Source: Kiritimatiellia bacterium (GTDB lineage Bacteria; Verrucomicrobiota; Kiritimatiellia; RFP12; UBA1067). Taken from it: DNA of 64,000 bases. This document shows positions 37,456 to 48,529 of the stretch, one piece after another. The position numbers and the translations under genes are program-made. Location: contig JBMNFY010000010.1 of NCBI GenBank assembly GCA_050949565.1, positions 224,001 through 288,000 on the forward strand. Reading direction: 5' to 3'. Under the pieces are notes generated by a model. It worked only from the letters and a program-made list of their open reading frames with translations. It made no database searches and was not told where the DNA came from. Every line of letters begins with the position of its first letter. Positions within the stretch are counted from its first letter, which is position 1.

Positions 37456-39167
37456 CCGCGCACAGCGGTGAGGATATCTTTCTGCGCTTGCTTGGCGCGT
37501 AACCCGCGTGTGACGGTAATCGGTTGGCCGGTGAAGGGGTTGATCCCAGTGTAGTACATCGCGGTCGACCACGTGGACGGGGTCGGCGTGAAGATCTGGA
37601 CTTGCTCGGGTGCAAGGCGCAGGTGCCGTGAGGCGAACTGTTTGAGCGCGAGCATCTCGGCATCGCCGCAACCGGGGTGCGCCGCGATGAAGTAGTAGGT
37701 CAGAAATTGCTTGAGGTGATGACGCTCATTCGCCGCACGGAACAGCTTCACGAAATCCAACAGTGACTCTTGGCCGGGCTTGCCCATCGCGCGCAGGACG
37801 CGGGGATCGGCGTGCTCGGGCGCGAGCTTGAGTTGGCCTGAGACGTGGTGCGCGACCAGTTCGTCGATGTAAGCCGCGCCGTGATTCGGATCGGCCGCGA
37901 TCAGGTCGGGGCGAATGCCGGACGCCACAAACACTTTACGTACGCCAGGCAGGCGGCGCAGGCGTCTGAGCAGGGAAATCTGTGCGCTGTGGTCGGGCTT
38001 GAGTGCCGGACAGCAGGTCGGGAAGAGGCAACGCTTGGATGCGCAGGCACCCTGTTTGGTTTTGCGCTCGCACTCAAAGCCGTACATGTTGGCAGTGGGG
38101 CCGCCCACGTCTTGGATGATGCCGGTGAAGGCGGGGTGGCGCGTCAGGCGGCGCGCTTCTTCCACGATCGAGTCTTCGGAGCGGCTGACGACCTGTCGGC
38201 CCTGGTGGATGGCAATCGCACAGAAGTTGCACTCACCATAACAGCCACGGTGCGTCGCCAGCGAGAAGCGGATGGTGTCCAGCGCACGGACTTTGCCTTT
38301 GGCCGCGTGGATGGGATGCACGTCGAGCGTGAAGGGCAACGCATGCACGGCATCCAATTCGGCAGTCGAGAGCGGCGTGTCCGGCGGCATGTGCACCAGA
38401 CAGCGTGTGTCGATCTGCTGTAAGAGGGGGCGCGCGGTATGCGGATCCTGATTGGCGGCAAAGAGACGAAACATCTCAAGAAAGGCCGCGCGGCCTGCCG
38501 GTGTGGCTGCGGCCACCGAGGCGTAGTCGGGCAGATGCAACGCATCGGCCGGCAACGAGTCGGAGTTTGCAGGCTGCGCGTAGCAGATGCTGCGCAGACG
38601 GCGCCAATCGTGTCCGTCGCGCAGCGCATGTGCCAGCAGGGTCATGGTGCGCTCGCCCATGCCGTAAACCAAGATGTCGGCCTTGGCGTCGAAGAGCACG
38701 GGGCGGCGCACGGAGTCGGACCAGTAATCGTAGTGCGCGATGCGCCGCAGGCTGGCCTCGATGCCACCGATAACGATGGGGCGGCAGGGTTTGAATGCGC
38801 GTCGGATCAGATTGCAATACGCAATGACCGCGCGGTCAGGACGCACGTTATTGACGCCGCCGGGCGTGAAGTCGTCCTGTCGCCGCTTCTTGCCAGTCGC
38901 CGTGTAGTTGGCGACCATCGAGTCGACACAACCACCGGAAACTCCCCAGAAGAGGCGCGGCTCGCCGAGACGGCGGATGTCATCGAGGCTCGCGACATCG
39001 GGCTGGGCAATGATGGCGGTGCGAAAGCCCGCCGCCAGTAGCGTTCGCCCGATGACGGCAATCCCGCAGAAGGGCGAGTCGATGTAGGCGTCACCCGACA
39101 CCAAGATAACATCCAGCGCATCCCAACCCAGTCGCTCGATTTCGGCGGTTGTGCAGGGCAGAAACAT
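37443..39167 (-). CDS. YgiQ family radical SAM protein
   Basis: MFLP, VILVSGDAYID, DSMVANYT, GGIEASLRR.AHYDYW, RGCYGECNFC, APEH, QVQIFTPTP. Confidence 0.95.
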   Translation of the reverse strand: MFLPCTTAEIERLGWDALDVILVSGDAYIDSPFCGIAVIGRTLLAAGFRTAIIAQPDVASLDDIRRLGEPRLFWGVSGGCVDSMVANYTATGKKRRQDDFTPGGVNNVRPDRAVIAYCNLIRRAFKPCRPIVIGGIEASLRRIAHYDYWSDSVRRPVLFDAKADILVYGMGERTMTLLAHALRDGHDWRRLRSICYAQPANSDSLPADALHLPDYASVAAATPAGRAAFLEMFRLFAANQDPHTARPLLQQIDTRCLVHMPPDTPLSTAELDAVHALPFTLDVHPIHAAKGKVRALDTIRFSLATHRGCYGECNFCAIAIHQGRQVVSRSEDSIVEEARRLTRHPAFTGIIQDVGGPTANMYGFECERKTKQGACASKRCLFPTCCPALKPDHSAQISLLRRLRRLPGVRKVFVASGIRPDLIAADPNHGAAYIDELVAHHVSGQLKLAPEHADPRVLRAMGKPGQESLLDFVKLFRAANERHHLKQFLTYYFIAAHPGCGDAEMLALKQFASRHLRLAPEQVQIFTPTPSTWSTAMYYTGINPFTGQPITVTRGLRAKQAQKDILTAVRGFRS

Positions 39168-39186
39168 GGGCGTGTTGCGCTGTGCG

Positions 39187-40206
39187 TTACTCGTGTACCT
39201 CGACCGACAGGCGCAGGTAGGTTTCGACCCGCTCGCCGGGAGCGATCATGCGGAGCGTTCCGCGTTCCGCGTTCTGCGCCTGGCCTTCCGGGAAGCAGTT
39301 GGCCGGTTCGAGTCCCACCACATATTCCCCTTGTCCCATCATCTTCCATTGAATCAGGTAGGGGAGTTCCGCGACGCGGTACGTCACGCAAAATGTCAGC
39401 CCGAGGTTTTCATTCACGAGCCGGGCCGACGCGAGGCCCTGACGGTTTTTGGGCAGGGTGTGGTAGTAGACCTGCTCGGCGAAACCGGGAATCGGGGCGG
39501 TGATCTCGGCCCATTCGGCGAGACCAGACGCGGCGTGGTCATTTTGCGGGACGACTTTATGGCGGGGCATTTCGAGCCGCGCGCCGTCATCGACCAGCGG
39601 CCAGCCCAGATTCATGTGGTAGAGCAGCATCAGCGGAACTTCAGCGTAGCCGCGATTCTCAATGGTGTCGCACACGGTAATCGCACTCTCGCCGAGGGTC
39701 GCCGTGATGCGGCGCGTCAGCACGAGATTTTCAAAAAAGACCTTGCTCTGGCGGACACGGCCGCTGATGCTGAGCGTGTAGCGTCCGTCCTCTGTCCATG
39801 ACGCGTCGGTATTGACCGCTTCCGCCGGCAGATGACTGAGGCGGCCGTGCAAGCCGTGATCGTCGCCGCCGGAGGCGTTCGGTCCGCCCACGTTGCTAAG
39901 GCCGCAGCCGGTGAGCAGTCCGCCCGGCCATGTGCGCAGCCATTCGATTCCGGTGCGGTCATAGAAGGCCGGACCGACCTCGCCGTTACGCGACAACCAA
40001 GCCAGCGGGATGTCGCAAAACGTTGCCGCGCCGATGTCCATGCCGCGATCGGGATACACGGTAAAGATCAACCCGCTGCCGGTGTTGACCTCCAGAATAC
40101 GCATGCCGCGTCCTTTGCCGTCGTCCGAAACCAAGCGGCGGATCGACGCGAGCTGTTCCATGGTGCCCAAGCGCGGCGCGAGATATGAAGCATTGAGGTT
40201 TTTCAT
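39187..40206 (-). CDS. Aldose 1-epimerase family protein (DUF4432-like)
   Basis: PDRGMDI, GLLTGCGL, GLHGR, LYHMNLGWP, GLEP. Confidence 0.85.
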   Translation of the reverse strand: MKNLNASYLAPRLGTMEQLASIRRLVSDDGKGRGMRILEVNTGSGLIFTVYPDRGMDIGAATFCDIPLAWLSRNGEVGPAFYDRTGIEWLRTWPGGLLTGCGLSNVGGPNASGGDDHGLHGRLSHLPAEAVNTDASWTEDGRYTLSISGRVRQSKVFFENLVLTRRITATLGESAITVCDTIENRGYAEVPLMLLYHMNLGWPLVDDGARLEMPRHKVVPQNDHAASGLAEWAEITAPIPGFAEQVYYHTLPKNRQGLASARLVNENLGLTFCVTYRVAELPYLIQWKMMGQGEYVVGLEPANCFPEGQAQNAERGTLRMIAPGERVETYLRLSVEVHE

Positions 40207-40260
40207 GGTGATAGCTTAGACCGGCATGCGTTACAACGCAACTATTTTCCTGCTCTAACT

Positions 40261-43200
40261 TTAAGGAAGCAGCAGTCTAACAGGGCCGAGCAGGCCGGAG
40301 GGTTCTTGCGCGGTCGGCTTGCGGTAACGGGTCGGGATGGTTTGGTAGTGGTTATTGAGGGTGTTGTAGACCGTGATAGCCAACTGGTTGTCGCCGGCTT
40401 TCACGCGACCGGTGAGGTCCACCCGCCACGGCGGACAGACCAGCACGCGTACGGGTTCGCCGTTGACGGCGACTTCGCAGGTGGCGCCGACGCCGCCGAG
40501 ATCAAGCACGACGGGGCCTTTTGTATCACTCTGCGTGAGCGTTACCTGCCGCGCATAGACCGCGCCGCCGGAATAGCAGCTCAGCGCATCGACACGCGCC
40601 CAGTCACCAGCCGTCATTTTTCCGGTACCGCATGTCAACCGCACTGGTTCAGGGAAGGCCGCGCCGCCGGTGTAGCCGGGCGCGTGCTTGACGGCAAGGC
40701 GCACGACGACAGGCCGGGGATTGGGGGACTGGGCCGTTTGTCCGCTGGGCGTCACGCGGTATACGCGCACGCTGTTGAGGTCGCGGAGCAATGTGATGAT
40801 GGCTTCTTGATCGTCAAAGGTTGCGGCGAGCAGATCGCCGTGCAGCGTCACTTCAGCGGCAGCGAGCGCGGGTGGCGCTTGGAAGGAGTAGGTGGCTTGC
40901 GTCAAACCGCCGTCAAAGCAGTCGAAGGGCAAGACCGCCGAGTCGCCGAACCAGCGCATGGCCAGCGGATGAGCAGAGTGGTCGGTGTCGATGTCCGCGC
41001 GGTACAGAACGAGCGCCGCACGCCCGAAGGCATCGTAACGCACCAGTAGCGGTGTGCGTCCGGCACGCAATGCCACGGTGTCGCCCGGGGCATGCCGCAC
41101 GCCTCCGAGCCAGACAGCGCTCGGCGCGACGCCGCTGGATACGATCTCCGCGCGGCAAGGTTCGGCGGCGAAGACAGTGGTCTGATACACACGCGTTTCC
41201 GGTACGGCGTCGTCCGGCATTTTCACGTCGTAAAGATTGCGGTCGTAATTGCCGAGTACAAAAAACTCATCGCCGACTTTGCGGTTGAGTCCATGATGCC
41301 AGTTCTGATAAGCGGGGTGGTTCTCGACGCCTTCGCGCCATGAGAAACAGAACGGCTTCCATGTGTAGGCGCGGCCGTTCACGGTGACGGTTGTGCCGGG
41401 CGCAAGTGATGTGGCGGAGGCCAGTGCCTGCACCAGCGCGTCGGTCTCCGCTCCGGGCGGGAGTGGCCCGAAGGCGCGGAATTGCGGACCGTGCGAGTAG
41501 GTCATGCGCGACGGCATGCCGGGAACATCCCAAGTAAGATGTCGCGCTTCAGCGCCGATCAAACCGTCGAAGGCCGGCAAGCGGAAATCGCCCCATCGGT
41601 TATCACAGGTGGGGATGAGCGTGAAGTCCCATTCGCCATCGAGCGCAAGCGTACGGGAGGTTTGCGGCGCGGGCGGGACGGCAACGGGCGGAGGCGGTGC
41701 GTCGGTGAAGGCCAGCAGCAGTGGCGAGCCGTCGGCGTCGAGATGCACGGAGGTCGTGCCGTTTGTGTGGGCGATGGCACCGGCGATGGGGGTTTGTTCG
41801 CCGGTCCACGCATTCCAGCGCTCGGGGGTGCCGTGCGCGCGGAACGTACAGACGGCGGGTTCGCGCAGGTCCATGATGAAGTAGACATCGATACGGCCGA
41901 TGCGGCGGTGCAGGGCTTTTGCTCCGGCGGGTCCGCTGAAATCGGGGGTGCCGATCAGGGCGCGGATGGCGTGCGCCGCAGCGGGTTGCGGTGCGGGCGG
42001 CTCACCTTGGTGTACCGCGTGTACATTGGAAGGATCGGGCGGTTCGAGCCCGTCCAGATCGCGGCTGGCGAGCCACTCGGTCGACGCGCGGCCGGGACGC
42101 ACGTGGAACTGCTCCGCCGAGAAACAGGTTGCACCGTCACGGACCAGCGCGAAAAAGAGGCCAGCGGTTTTGTTGCCGGTTTCTCCGGGGCCGTCGCTGA
42201 CTGCGGCGGCGAGCACGTCGCCGGGCGCGAGCGACACCGTGCCGGTCCACGGTTCGCGGTAGCTGGACCATGTGGCCAGCGTGCGGCCGTTGAGATAGAG
42301 CGTGCCGCTATTGTCGCACAGCATCGCCGCTTGATACTCGCCTGCCGCACCGTTCCAGACATGCTTGAAAACCGCCTGCGGCGTGGGCTTGCGCGTCCAG
42401 ACCCAACGTCCGGTAAAGTGTTTGGCGTAGGTGCGTGGGGGGCGGGCGTCCGGTGCGGCGGGCGGGGTCCAGTGAAGGGCGCCGGAGTCCGGGGCGAACA
42501 GCCGCTTGACGAGGGCGGCGGTTTGCGGGTCGTCGTTGCCCGCGCGGTCAGTGGCTTCGGGAAGTTCCCCGAGCGCGATCACGCGTCCGCCAGCCTGCTG
42601 GAAGGCCAACGCCTTCTCAAGGGATGCGTGGCGGATCGCGAACATGCCGGGCAGCACCAGCGCACGGTAGGCTTCACCGGCTACGCAGAGACGTGCGTGT
42701 GTATCTGGACGGAGGCGTGTGCGTGACTCGCCCGGCGGCACAATCTCAGCGCGCGCAAGCGATTCGGCATCGATGAAGTCAAAGTCGATCTGCTGTGCGA
42801 TCAGATCGGCGGCCAGGGCATAGGCGCAGGACTGCGCCGCTTTACCGCGTGCCGGATCGACCACCAAGGGCTCGTGCGGCTGGATGATCGCGACATCCGC
42901 GACGTGATCGCCTTGACTGAGCAGGTAGCTGAGGCGCTCGAAGTATTTGAAGAACACCGGCATGTGACGCCAGTAGGGCATACGGAAGTGGTAACAGGGC
43001 GGTGCCCACTCCCACCAGCCGCCGAAGGTGGTGTAGTAAAGTCCGTGCAGGTTGAGCAGTGTGGTGCCGTAGAGGAAGTTGCGGTTGCTCGAATCGAAAA
43101 GCACGGTCGGCGATGCCTGCCAGCCGAGACTGTGGTAGCCCTCGACCCACACGCGTGGCCGTTCGTAGAGGTGGGCAATTGATGAGCCGACCTTGTTCTT

Positions 43201-44373
43201 GATCAGGTCGGCGCTAGAGCCGGGCGTGTCGAACCCCGGCGCGGTGTACCAGCGCATGGCGCGCATGTAGTCGCCGAACTCCATCGGGTCGCGACCGCGC
43301 GAGGCCGGGTCACATGCGTAGATCATGCCGCGGCTGTTATGCCACTCGAAGATCGGTTTGAAGTAGTAGGTTTCGCTGAGCGACACCATGACGTCGTTCA
43401 CATCCAAACGCACCTTGGGCGTTTCCGGTCCAAGGTCCGTGAAGAGCGCGGCGAGAACGGGACGCACGTCGTACCCTTTGCGTTGCTGAAACTCGGCGGC
43501 GAACGTATCGCTCCAGAGGTGCTTGTCGCCGGCAAGGCGCAGTTCGTCCTGAAAAAAGTAGTTCAACGCGCTGCGGGCCTCGGGCGGTGTGCGTGCCAGA
43601 AAGGGGTTGAAGAAGCGCTCGATCACACGCTGGCCCGATAGCGGATTGAGCGGGTCCAGTGTGTCGGGGCGGCGTTCGGCGAGAACCGCGAGGAGACGCC
43701 ACGCGCCTTTCGGCAGGGGCCAGGAGGTGGCGCGTGGATCGAGCGAACGCTTGTCGGCGGGAAACGGACGGCCATCGCGCAGCGGCAGGGCCGTGACGGA
43801 GATCGCGGCGGCTTCGTGCGGCAAGGGGGTGAGTGGTTGCGCGTCGTCCGCTGTGTGGATGTCGCGTGTCCGTAGGGTTAAGCCATGCGCGTGTAGATCG
43901 TCGGTCGTGATGCCGAGCTGACGGAAAAGGTTGTCGCGTCCGGGCCAATCCAAGGTATACCCGCTCATCCCGATACCCATGCCGCGCTTGGCCGATTCAA
44001 CAGCCATGAAGGCAAAGATATCCCACCATTCATCCGAAAAGATCGGTGGCTCGACCTTCTCTGTACGCCAGCCGTCTGATCGTGTGTGTGAGTAATTGAT
44101 CTGGGCACCCGAGACACCGGCCTTGTGTAGTTCGTCAAGTTGCCAGAGCAATCGTTCGCGGTTCAGAGGCTCGCCCGTCCACCACCAGAACGGCACCTGT
44201 CCGTAGCCCGGTGGCGGCGTTGTGAAAGCGCGTCGGAGTTCGGCTGGCGTTACATCGCGCTGAGGAAAGCCGGGAGCTTGTGCGGCATGTGACAGTGCTG
44301 GCAACATCAGCAAAAAAGTCGCAAGGACAATCGTCAGAGCCGCTAGAATTTGGTGCCATTGTTTAATCTGCAT
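40261..44373 (-). CDS. Large secreted GH106-like (alpha-L-rhamnosidase-like) glycoside hydrolase
   Basis: PFWWWTG, FSDEWW, FFQDE, SSIAHLY, C-terminal LDLG.V...EVAVNG...PPWRVD...SGLLGPV. Confidence 0.8.
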   Translation of the reverse strand: MQIKQWHQILAALTIVLATFLLMLPALSHAAQAPGFPQRDVTPAELRRAFTTPPPGYGQVPFWWWTGEPLNRERLLWQLDELHKAGVSGAQINYSHTRSDGWRTEKVEPPIFSDEWWDIFAFMAVESAKRGMGIGMSGYTLDWPGRDNLFRQLGITTDDLHAHGLTLRTRDIHTADDAQPLTPLPHEAAAISVTALPLRDGRPFPADKRSLDPRATSWPLPKGAWRLLAVLAERRPDTLDPLNPLSGQRVIERFFNPFLARTPPEARSALNYFFQDELRLAGDKHLWSDTFAAEFQQRKGYDVRPVLAALFTDLGPETPKVRLDVNDVMVSLSETYYFKPIFEWHNSRGMIYACDPASRGRDPMEFGDYMRAMRWYTAPGFDTPGSSADLIKNKVGSSIAHLYERPRVWVEGYHSLGWQASPTVLFDSSNRNFLYGTTLLNLHGLYYTTFGGWWEWAPPCYHFRMPYWRHMPVFFKYFERLSYLLSQGDHVADVAIIQPHEPLVVDPARGKAAQSCAYALAADLIAQQIDFDFIDAESLARAEIVPPGESRTRLRPDTHARLCVAGEAYRALVLPGMFAIRHASLEKALAFQQAGGRVIALGELPEATDRAGNDDPQTAALVKRLFAPDSGALHWTPPAAPDARPPRTYAKHFTGRWVWTRKPTPQAVFKHVWNGAAGEYQAAMLCDNSGTLYLNGRTLATWSSYREPWTGTVSLAPGDVLAAAVSDGPGETGNKTAGLFFALVRDGATCFSAEQFHVRPGRASTEWLASRDLDGLEPPDPSNVHAVHQGEPPAPQPAAAHAIRALIGTPDFSGPAGAKALHRRIGRIDVYFIMDLREPAVCTFRAHGTPERWNAWTGEQTPIAGAIAHTNGTTSVHLDADGSPLLLAFTDAPPPPVAVPPAPQTSRTLALDGEWDFTLIPTCDNRWGDFRLPAFDGLIGAEARHLTWDVPGMPSRMTYSHGPQFRAFGPLPPGAETDALVQALASATSLAPGTTVTVNGRAYTWKPFCFSWREGVENHPAYQNWHHGLNRKVGDEFFVLGNYDRNLYDVKMPDDAVPETRVYQTTVFAAEPCRAEIVSSGVAPSAVWLGGVRHAPGDTVALRAGRTPLLVRYDAFGRAALVLYRADIDTDHSAHPLAMRWFGDSAVLPFDCFDGGLTQATYSFQAPPALAAAEVTLHGDLLAATFDDQEAIITLLRDLNSVRVYRVTPSGQTAQSPNPRPVVVRLAVKHAPGYTGGAAFPEPVRLTCGTGKMTAGDWARVDALSCYSGGAVYARQVTLTQSDTKGPVVLDLGGVGATCEVAVNGEPVRVLVCPPWRVDLTGRVKAGDNQLAITVYNTLNNHYQTIPTRYRKPTAQEPSGLLGPVRLLLP

Positions 44374-44558
44374 CTCCCGTTCCTCATATCGGTTCCGTTA
44401 AGCGTGCCTAGCGTACAAACTTCTGTTGCGAATGGTCCAGCGTAATGTCAATCCCTCAACTTGTGCTTGTCCGCGCCTTGGTATTGTGTGAAAATCAGAA
44501 CCCAGTCATATCGTGTGATGGCGTACGGCGCGTCACATTGTTAATGGAGGTCTGAACG

Positions 44559-46781
44559 ATGCGAGGATGGATGAAGCTGTGGGTATGCGGAATGGCGGCG
44601 TCGGTGGCTGTCGGCGCGATGGCGTTGACGCCGGACGCGATGATGTGCGAGCTGCTGGCCAAGCCGGGGCTGGTGGCGGTCACCGATCCGACACCGGAGT
44701 TCTCTTGGGGATTCAAAGACGCGCGCCCCGGTGATTTTCAAAGCGCGTACCAGATTCAGGTGGCGTCGGGAACCACGTTTTTCAAGACCGATCAACCGGA
44801 TCTCTGGGACTCGGGTAAGGTCGCTTCGAGTCAGTCGCTTTACATCACCTACGCGGGCAAGGCGTTGCCTACCGACGCTGAGGTGTGCTGGCGGGTACGC
44901 GTGTGGGACAGCCGTGGCAAGGAGGGGCCTTGGTCGCACACCTACTCCTTTAAAACCGCGCCAGTATTGAATGGGGATTCGGCATTGCAGTATCCGCTCG
45001 CGCAAGAGCGGGTGAGGCCGGTCCGTGTGACCACTAACGCGCAGGGACGCGTGCTGGTCGATTTCGGGCGGGCGGCCTTCGGCTGGGTCGAACTGGTGCC
45101 GCCGCGCGATATGCCGCGAGGCGGTCCTTTTACGCTGCATCTCGGAGAAAAGCTGAAGGGCGACGGCGTGGACGCCAAACCGGGCGGGACGATCCGCTAT
45201 GCGAAGGTGAATGGGGCGTTGACCAGTCCGAATGTCTACCGCGTGCCGTTGATCGCCGACAAACGCAACACGAGCGGTGGCAAAGAGGGTGCGGCGATTT
45301 TGCTGCCGCCTGAGTTCGGTGTGGTGATGCCGTTCCGCTATGTCGAGATCGAGGAGTGCCCGTACACGGTGACAGCCGACACAATCCGCCAGATCGCGGT
45401 GTTCTATCCGTTCGACATGGAGGCGGCCCGTTTTGTTTCGAGCGATGACGTGCTCGACCGCGTGTTCGATTTCTGCAAGTACAGCATCAAGGCCACGAGT
45501 TTCACGGGCGTGTATATAGACGGCGACCGTGAGCGCATTCCGTATGAAGCCGATGCCTATATCAATCAGCTTTGCCACTACTGCACCGACCGCGAATTCA
45601 CGATGGCGCGCTACAGCCACGAGTACCTGATGGCGCATCCGACGTGGCCGACTGAATGGAAGCAGCACTCAGTGATGATGGCGTGGGCGGATTGGATGTA
45701 CACCGGCAACACGGAGTCGTTGGAGCGTATGTATGACGGTCTCAAAGCCAAAAAGACGCTGGAGTTCTGCGCGCGCGAAAGCGATGGTCTACTGGTGACC
45801 GGCGGCCCCTCCGCGCCGATGGAAAGCGGGCTGCGCGACATCACGGACTGGCCGGTCGGCGAGCGCGACGGGTTTGTGTTCAAGCCGGTCAATGCGGTGG
45901 TCAACGCCTTCTACTGTCTGAACCTGCGTCAGATGGCGGAGATGGCCGCGGCGCTGGATAAGACGGCGGATGCCGAGGCGTACCGAGCGAAATACGAACG
46001 GACCGTCAAGGCGTTCAACGCGCTCTTCTTCAATGCCGAGCGTGGCTGCTACGTGGATGGCGAAGGCGCTACCCACGCTTCGCTGCACGCCAACATGCTG
46101 CCCTTGGCGTTCGGCTTGGTTCCAGAGGCTGAACGCGGGCGGGTGGCGCGCTTCGTCGTTTCGCGCGGCATGGCGTGCAGCGTGTACGGCGCGCAGTATC
46201 TGCTCGAGGCGCTCTTCGAGGCTGATCAGGATGACACGGCGATTCACCTGATGACGCGCGATGAGCCTCGTAGTTGGGTCAATATGATGAAGGCCGGTTC
46301 GACCATCACGCTCGAGGCCTGGGACATCATGTACAAGCCGAATCTGGACTGGAACCACGCTTGGGGCGCGGTGCCCGTAAATATCATTCCGCGTTACGTG
46401 ATGGGGGTGCGGCCTTTGGAGGCCGGGTTCGGTAAGATACTGATCCGCCCGCAGGTCGGCTCGCTGGAGGCGATCGAGGGCTATGTGCCGACCGTACGGG
46501 GCACCGTGCGGGTGGGCGTGCGCCAAAAGCCGGGGACACAGTACTCCGTTACGCTGGAGGTACCTGTCAATACGACCGCCCGCGTCGAATTGCCGTGGTG
46601 TGAAGGCGCGACGCTCCGGATGAATGGCAAGAAGGTGAAGGCAGCACAGGTGGAAGGCGGACGCTTTGTGGTGGATGACGTGGCTTCAGGGCAGCATACG
46701 CTGGAGTGGCGGTGCAAGGAGAATACGGCATGCGGCTTGAGTTTCGGCAAGCGGCTCCGGAGGATCTTCCGCGGTGGCTGA
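44559..46781 (+). CDS. GH78 alpha-L-rhamnosidase
   Basis: PEFSW, QSAYQI, LWDSGKV, VDFG, FRYVEI, IDGDRER, DWP, TITLEAW, NHAW. Confidence 0.9.
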   Translation: MRGWMKLWVCGMAASVAVGAMALTPDAMMCELLAKPGLVAVTDPTPEFSWGFKDARPGDFQSAYQIQVASGTTFFKTDQPDLWDSGKVASSQSLYITYAGKALPTDAEVCWRVRVWDSRGKEGPWSHTYSFKTAPVLNGDSALQYPLAQERVRPVRVTTNAQGRVLVDFGRAAFGWVELVPPRDMPRGGPFTLHLGEKLKGDGVDAKPGGTIRYAKVNGALTSPNVYRVPLIADKRNTSGGKEGAAILLPPEFGVVMPFRYVEIEECPYTVTADTIRQIAVFYPFDMEAARFVSSDDVLDRVFDFCKYSIKATSFTGVYIDGDRERIPYEADAYINQLCHYCTDREFTMARYSHEYLMAHPTWPTEWKQHSVMMAWADWMYTGNTESLERMYDGLKAKKTLEFCARESDGLLVTGGPSAPMESGLRDITDWPVGERDGFVFKPVNAVVNAFYCLNLRQMAEMAAALDKTADAEAYRAKYERTVKAFNALFFNAERGCYVDGEGATHASLHANMLPLAFGLVPEAERGRVARFVVSRGMACSVYGAQYLLEALFEADQDDTAIHLMTRDEPRSWVNMMKAGSTITLEAWDIMYKPNLDWNHAWGAVPVNIIPRYVMGVRPLEAGFGKILIRPQVGSLEAIEGYVPTVRGTVRVGVRQKPGTQYSVTLEVPVNTTARVELPWCEGATLRMNGKKVKAAQVEGGRFVVDDVASGQHTLEWRCKENTACGLSFGKRLRRIFRGG

Positions 46782-47140
46782 CGTTCCTGGGGGCCGTCCT
46801 GCTGATTGCGCTGGGCGTGATCGCGCTGGATGCCGCCGGGGTGCAAATTTGCCTCTTTCGCCGCTGGACCGGTCTGCCCTGCCTGACCTGTGGTGGCACG
46901 CGCGCGTTTGCAGCACTCGCGACCGGTGATGTGATCGGCGCATTTCGTCAGCAACCGCTTGTAAGCGCGCTGCTGACGGTGGGGGCGGCCGCTGGTGCCA
47001 TCCACGGCCTGCTGCTACTCTGCGGCAGATGCCTAACACTAAAGACATCTGAGCGCGAACGCAGAGCATTGTTGTTGGTTGTCGTTGTTCTAGCGGTAGC
47101 CAACTGGCTGTACCTGCTATGGCGATGGCGCAGCGCATGA
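46730..47140 (+). CDS. DUF2752 family membrane protein
   Basis: CLFRRWTGLPCLTCGGTRA motif. Confidence 0.88.
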   Translation: MRLEFRQAAPEDLPRWLTFLGAVLLIALGVIALDAAGVQICLFRRWTGLPCLTCGGTRAFAALATGDVIGAFRQQPLVSALLTVGAAAGAIHGLLLLCGRCLTLKTSERERRALLLVVVVLAVANWLYLLWRWRSA

Positions 47141-47333
47141 GCCCGCTGTTCCGAAAAAGGGCAGGCGGAGTTTGAATTTAGGATACGAAGGTTTTTTGGG
47201 GAGGGCATGGCTCGGTTTTTTTGAACCGTCAAGACGCCAGGAACGCCAAGATTTTTTGGGGGCAGGGCTGGCTGCAAGTCGCACGTCGCGGGTCGCTAGT
47301 CAACCTCTCTTATTGCGACCACGCAGGGGCACT

Positions 47334-48281
47334 TCAATCCCACATGTAACGCTCGTCATCAGAGCTTTGACGTTGGCAGAACGGACGGACATCCGCGATG
47401 TCGTCGGCATCGCAGGCCAGCATGACCAGCCGGTCGATGCCGAGCGCGATGCCGCCGCAGGGCGGCATGCCGCGTTCGAGCGCGTTCAAAAAGGGCTCGT
47501 CCAGCGGATAGGCCTCTTTGCCCAACGCTTGGCGTTCGCGCGCGGCCTCTTCGAAGCGCGCGCGTTGCGCGGCGGCGTCGCACAACTCGCTGTAAGCATT
47601 CGCGATTTCAAGCCCGCCGATATAAACCTCCCAGCGTTCCGCGACGCTGGCATCGCCCGGCTTCAGCCGCGCGAGTGAAGCTGCTGGCGCCGGGTAGTCG
47701 ATCAGCACGCACGGCGTTGCGCGCGGCAGAGCGGGCTCGATGCGTGTGACCATGTCCATGTCGAAACGGTCCGCGTCCCACTGTGCGGCCGGATCCCATC
47801 CGGCCCAGCGGCGATACGCGTCGCGCACCGTCAGGCGCGGCCACGGGCCGGCCAGTTGGATGGCCGTGCCGCCGTAGGACAGCGTTGTCGTCCCGAAAAG
47901 ATCTGTGGAGACGGCGCAGACCAGCGCTTCGGTATCGGCGAGGATGTCGAGATAGTCGGCGTCCGTGCGGTACCACTCCAGCATCGTGAACTCCGGGTTG
48001 TGTCTGCGGCCGCACTCGCCGCTGCGGAAACAGGGGCCGATCTGGTAGATTCGTTCACAGCCGTCGACGAGCAGCCTTTTCATGTGGAGTTCGGGCGAGG
48101 CGCGCAGCCAGGCGCGACCGGAGGGCGGCACGTCAATATGGGTCTCCTGCGCCGGGGCGGGAATGCGGACAGGCGTTTCAACTTCGATAAATCCACGGGC
48201 ATCGAAAAAATCACGGATGGCCCGCAGGATTTTGCTACGGCGTTCGAGCATGAGTCGTTGCACAGGCGCTCCTCGGCTCAA
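47334..48281 (-). CDS. epmA: EF-P lysine aminoacylase (EpmA/GenX)
   Basis: GFIEVETP, SPELHMKRLL, FRSGE...HNPEFTMLEWY, ERWEVYIGGLEIANAYSEL, GIALGIDRL; no anticodon-binding domain. Confidence 0.93.
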   Translation of the reverse strand: MSRGAPVQRLMLERRSKILRAIRDFFDARGFIEVETPVRIPAPAQETHIDVPPSGRAWLRASPELHMKRLLVDGCERIYQIGPCFRSGECGRRHNPEFTMLEWYRTDADYLDILADTEALVCAVSTDLFGTTTLSYGGTAIQLAGPWPRLTVRDAYRRWAGWDPAAQWDADRFDMDMVTRIEPALPRATPCVLIDYPAPAASLARLKPGDASVAERWEVYIGGLEIANAYSELCDAAAQRARFEEAARERQALGKEAYPLDEPFLNALERGMPPCGGIALGIDRLVMLACDADDIADVRPFCQRQSSDDERYMWD

Positions 48282-48529
48282 TACATTTTTTCGTACTCGC
48301 CCTTGCCCAGCCGTTTCAGTTTCGTGAAGCCGGCGGCTTTCGCGCGGTCATCGAGTTTAGATTTGGAGCGTCCGATAGCCGGCGCGGTGATGACGCGCCG
48401 CACAGGCGCTCCGCAATCCGGGCACGCGGTCAGGCGCGGATCGTGGATCGACTGAACATACTCAAAGCCATTGGCGCACCGGGGACATTGTTGCTTGGGG
48501 CTTGTTGCCTCATAGTCGTAAACAGGCAT
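48278..48529 (-). CDS. FmdB family zinc-ribbon protein
   Basis: MPVYDYE, CPRC, CPDCG..VRRVI. Confidence 0.88.
   Translation of the reverse strand: MPVYDYEATSPKQQCPRCANGFEYVQSIHDPRLTACPDCGAPVRRVITAPAIGRSKSKLDDRAKAAGFTKLKRLGKGEYEKMY

Noticed and set aside
47334-48281. Truncated lysyl-tRNA synthetase
   Set aside because: Lack of the anticodon domain plus SPELHMKRLL and HNPEFTMLEWY is normal for EpmA
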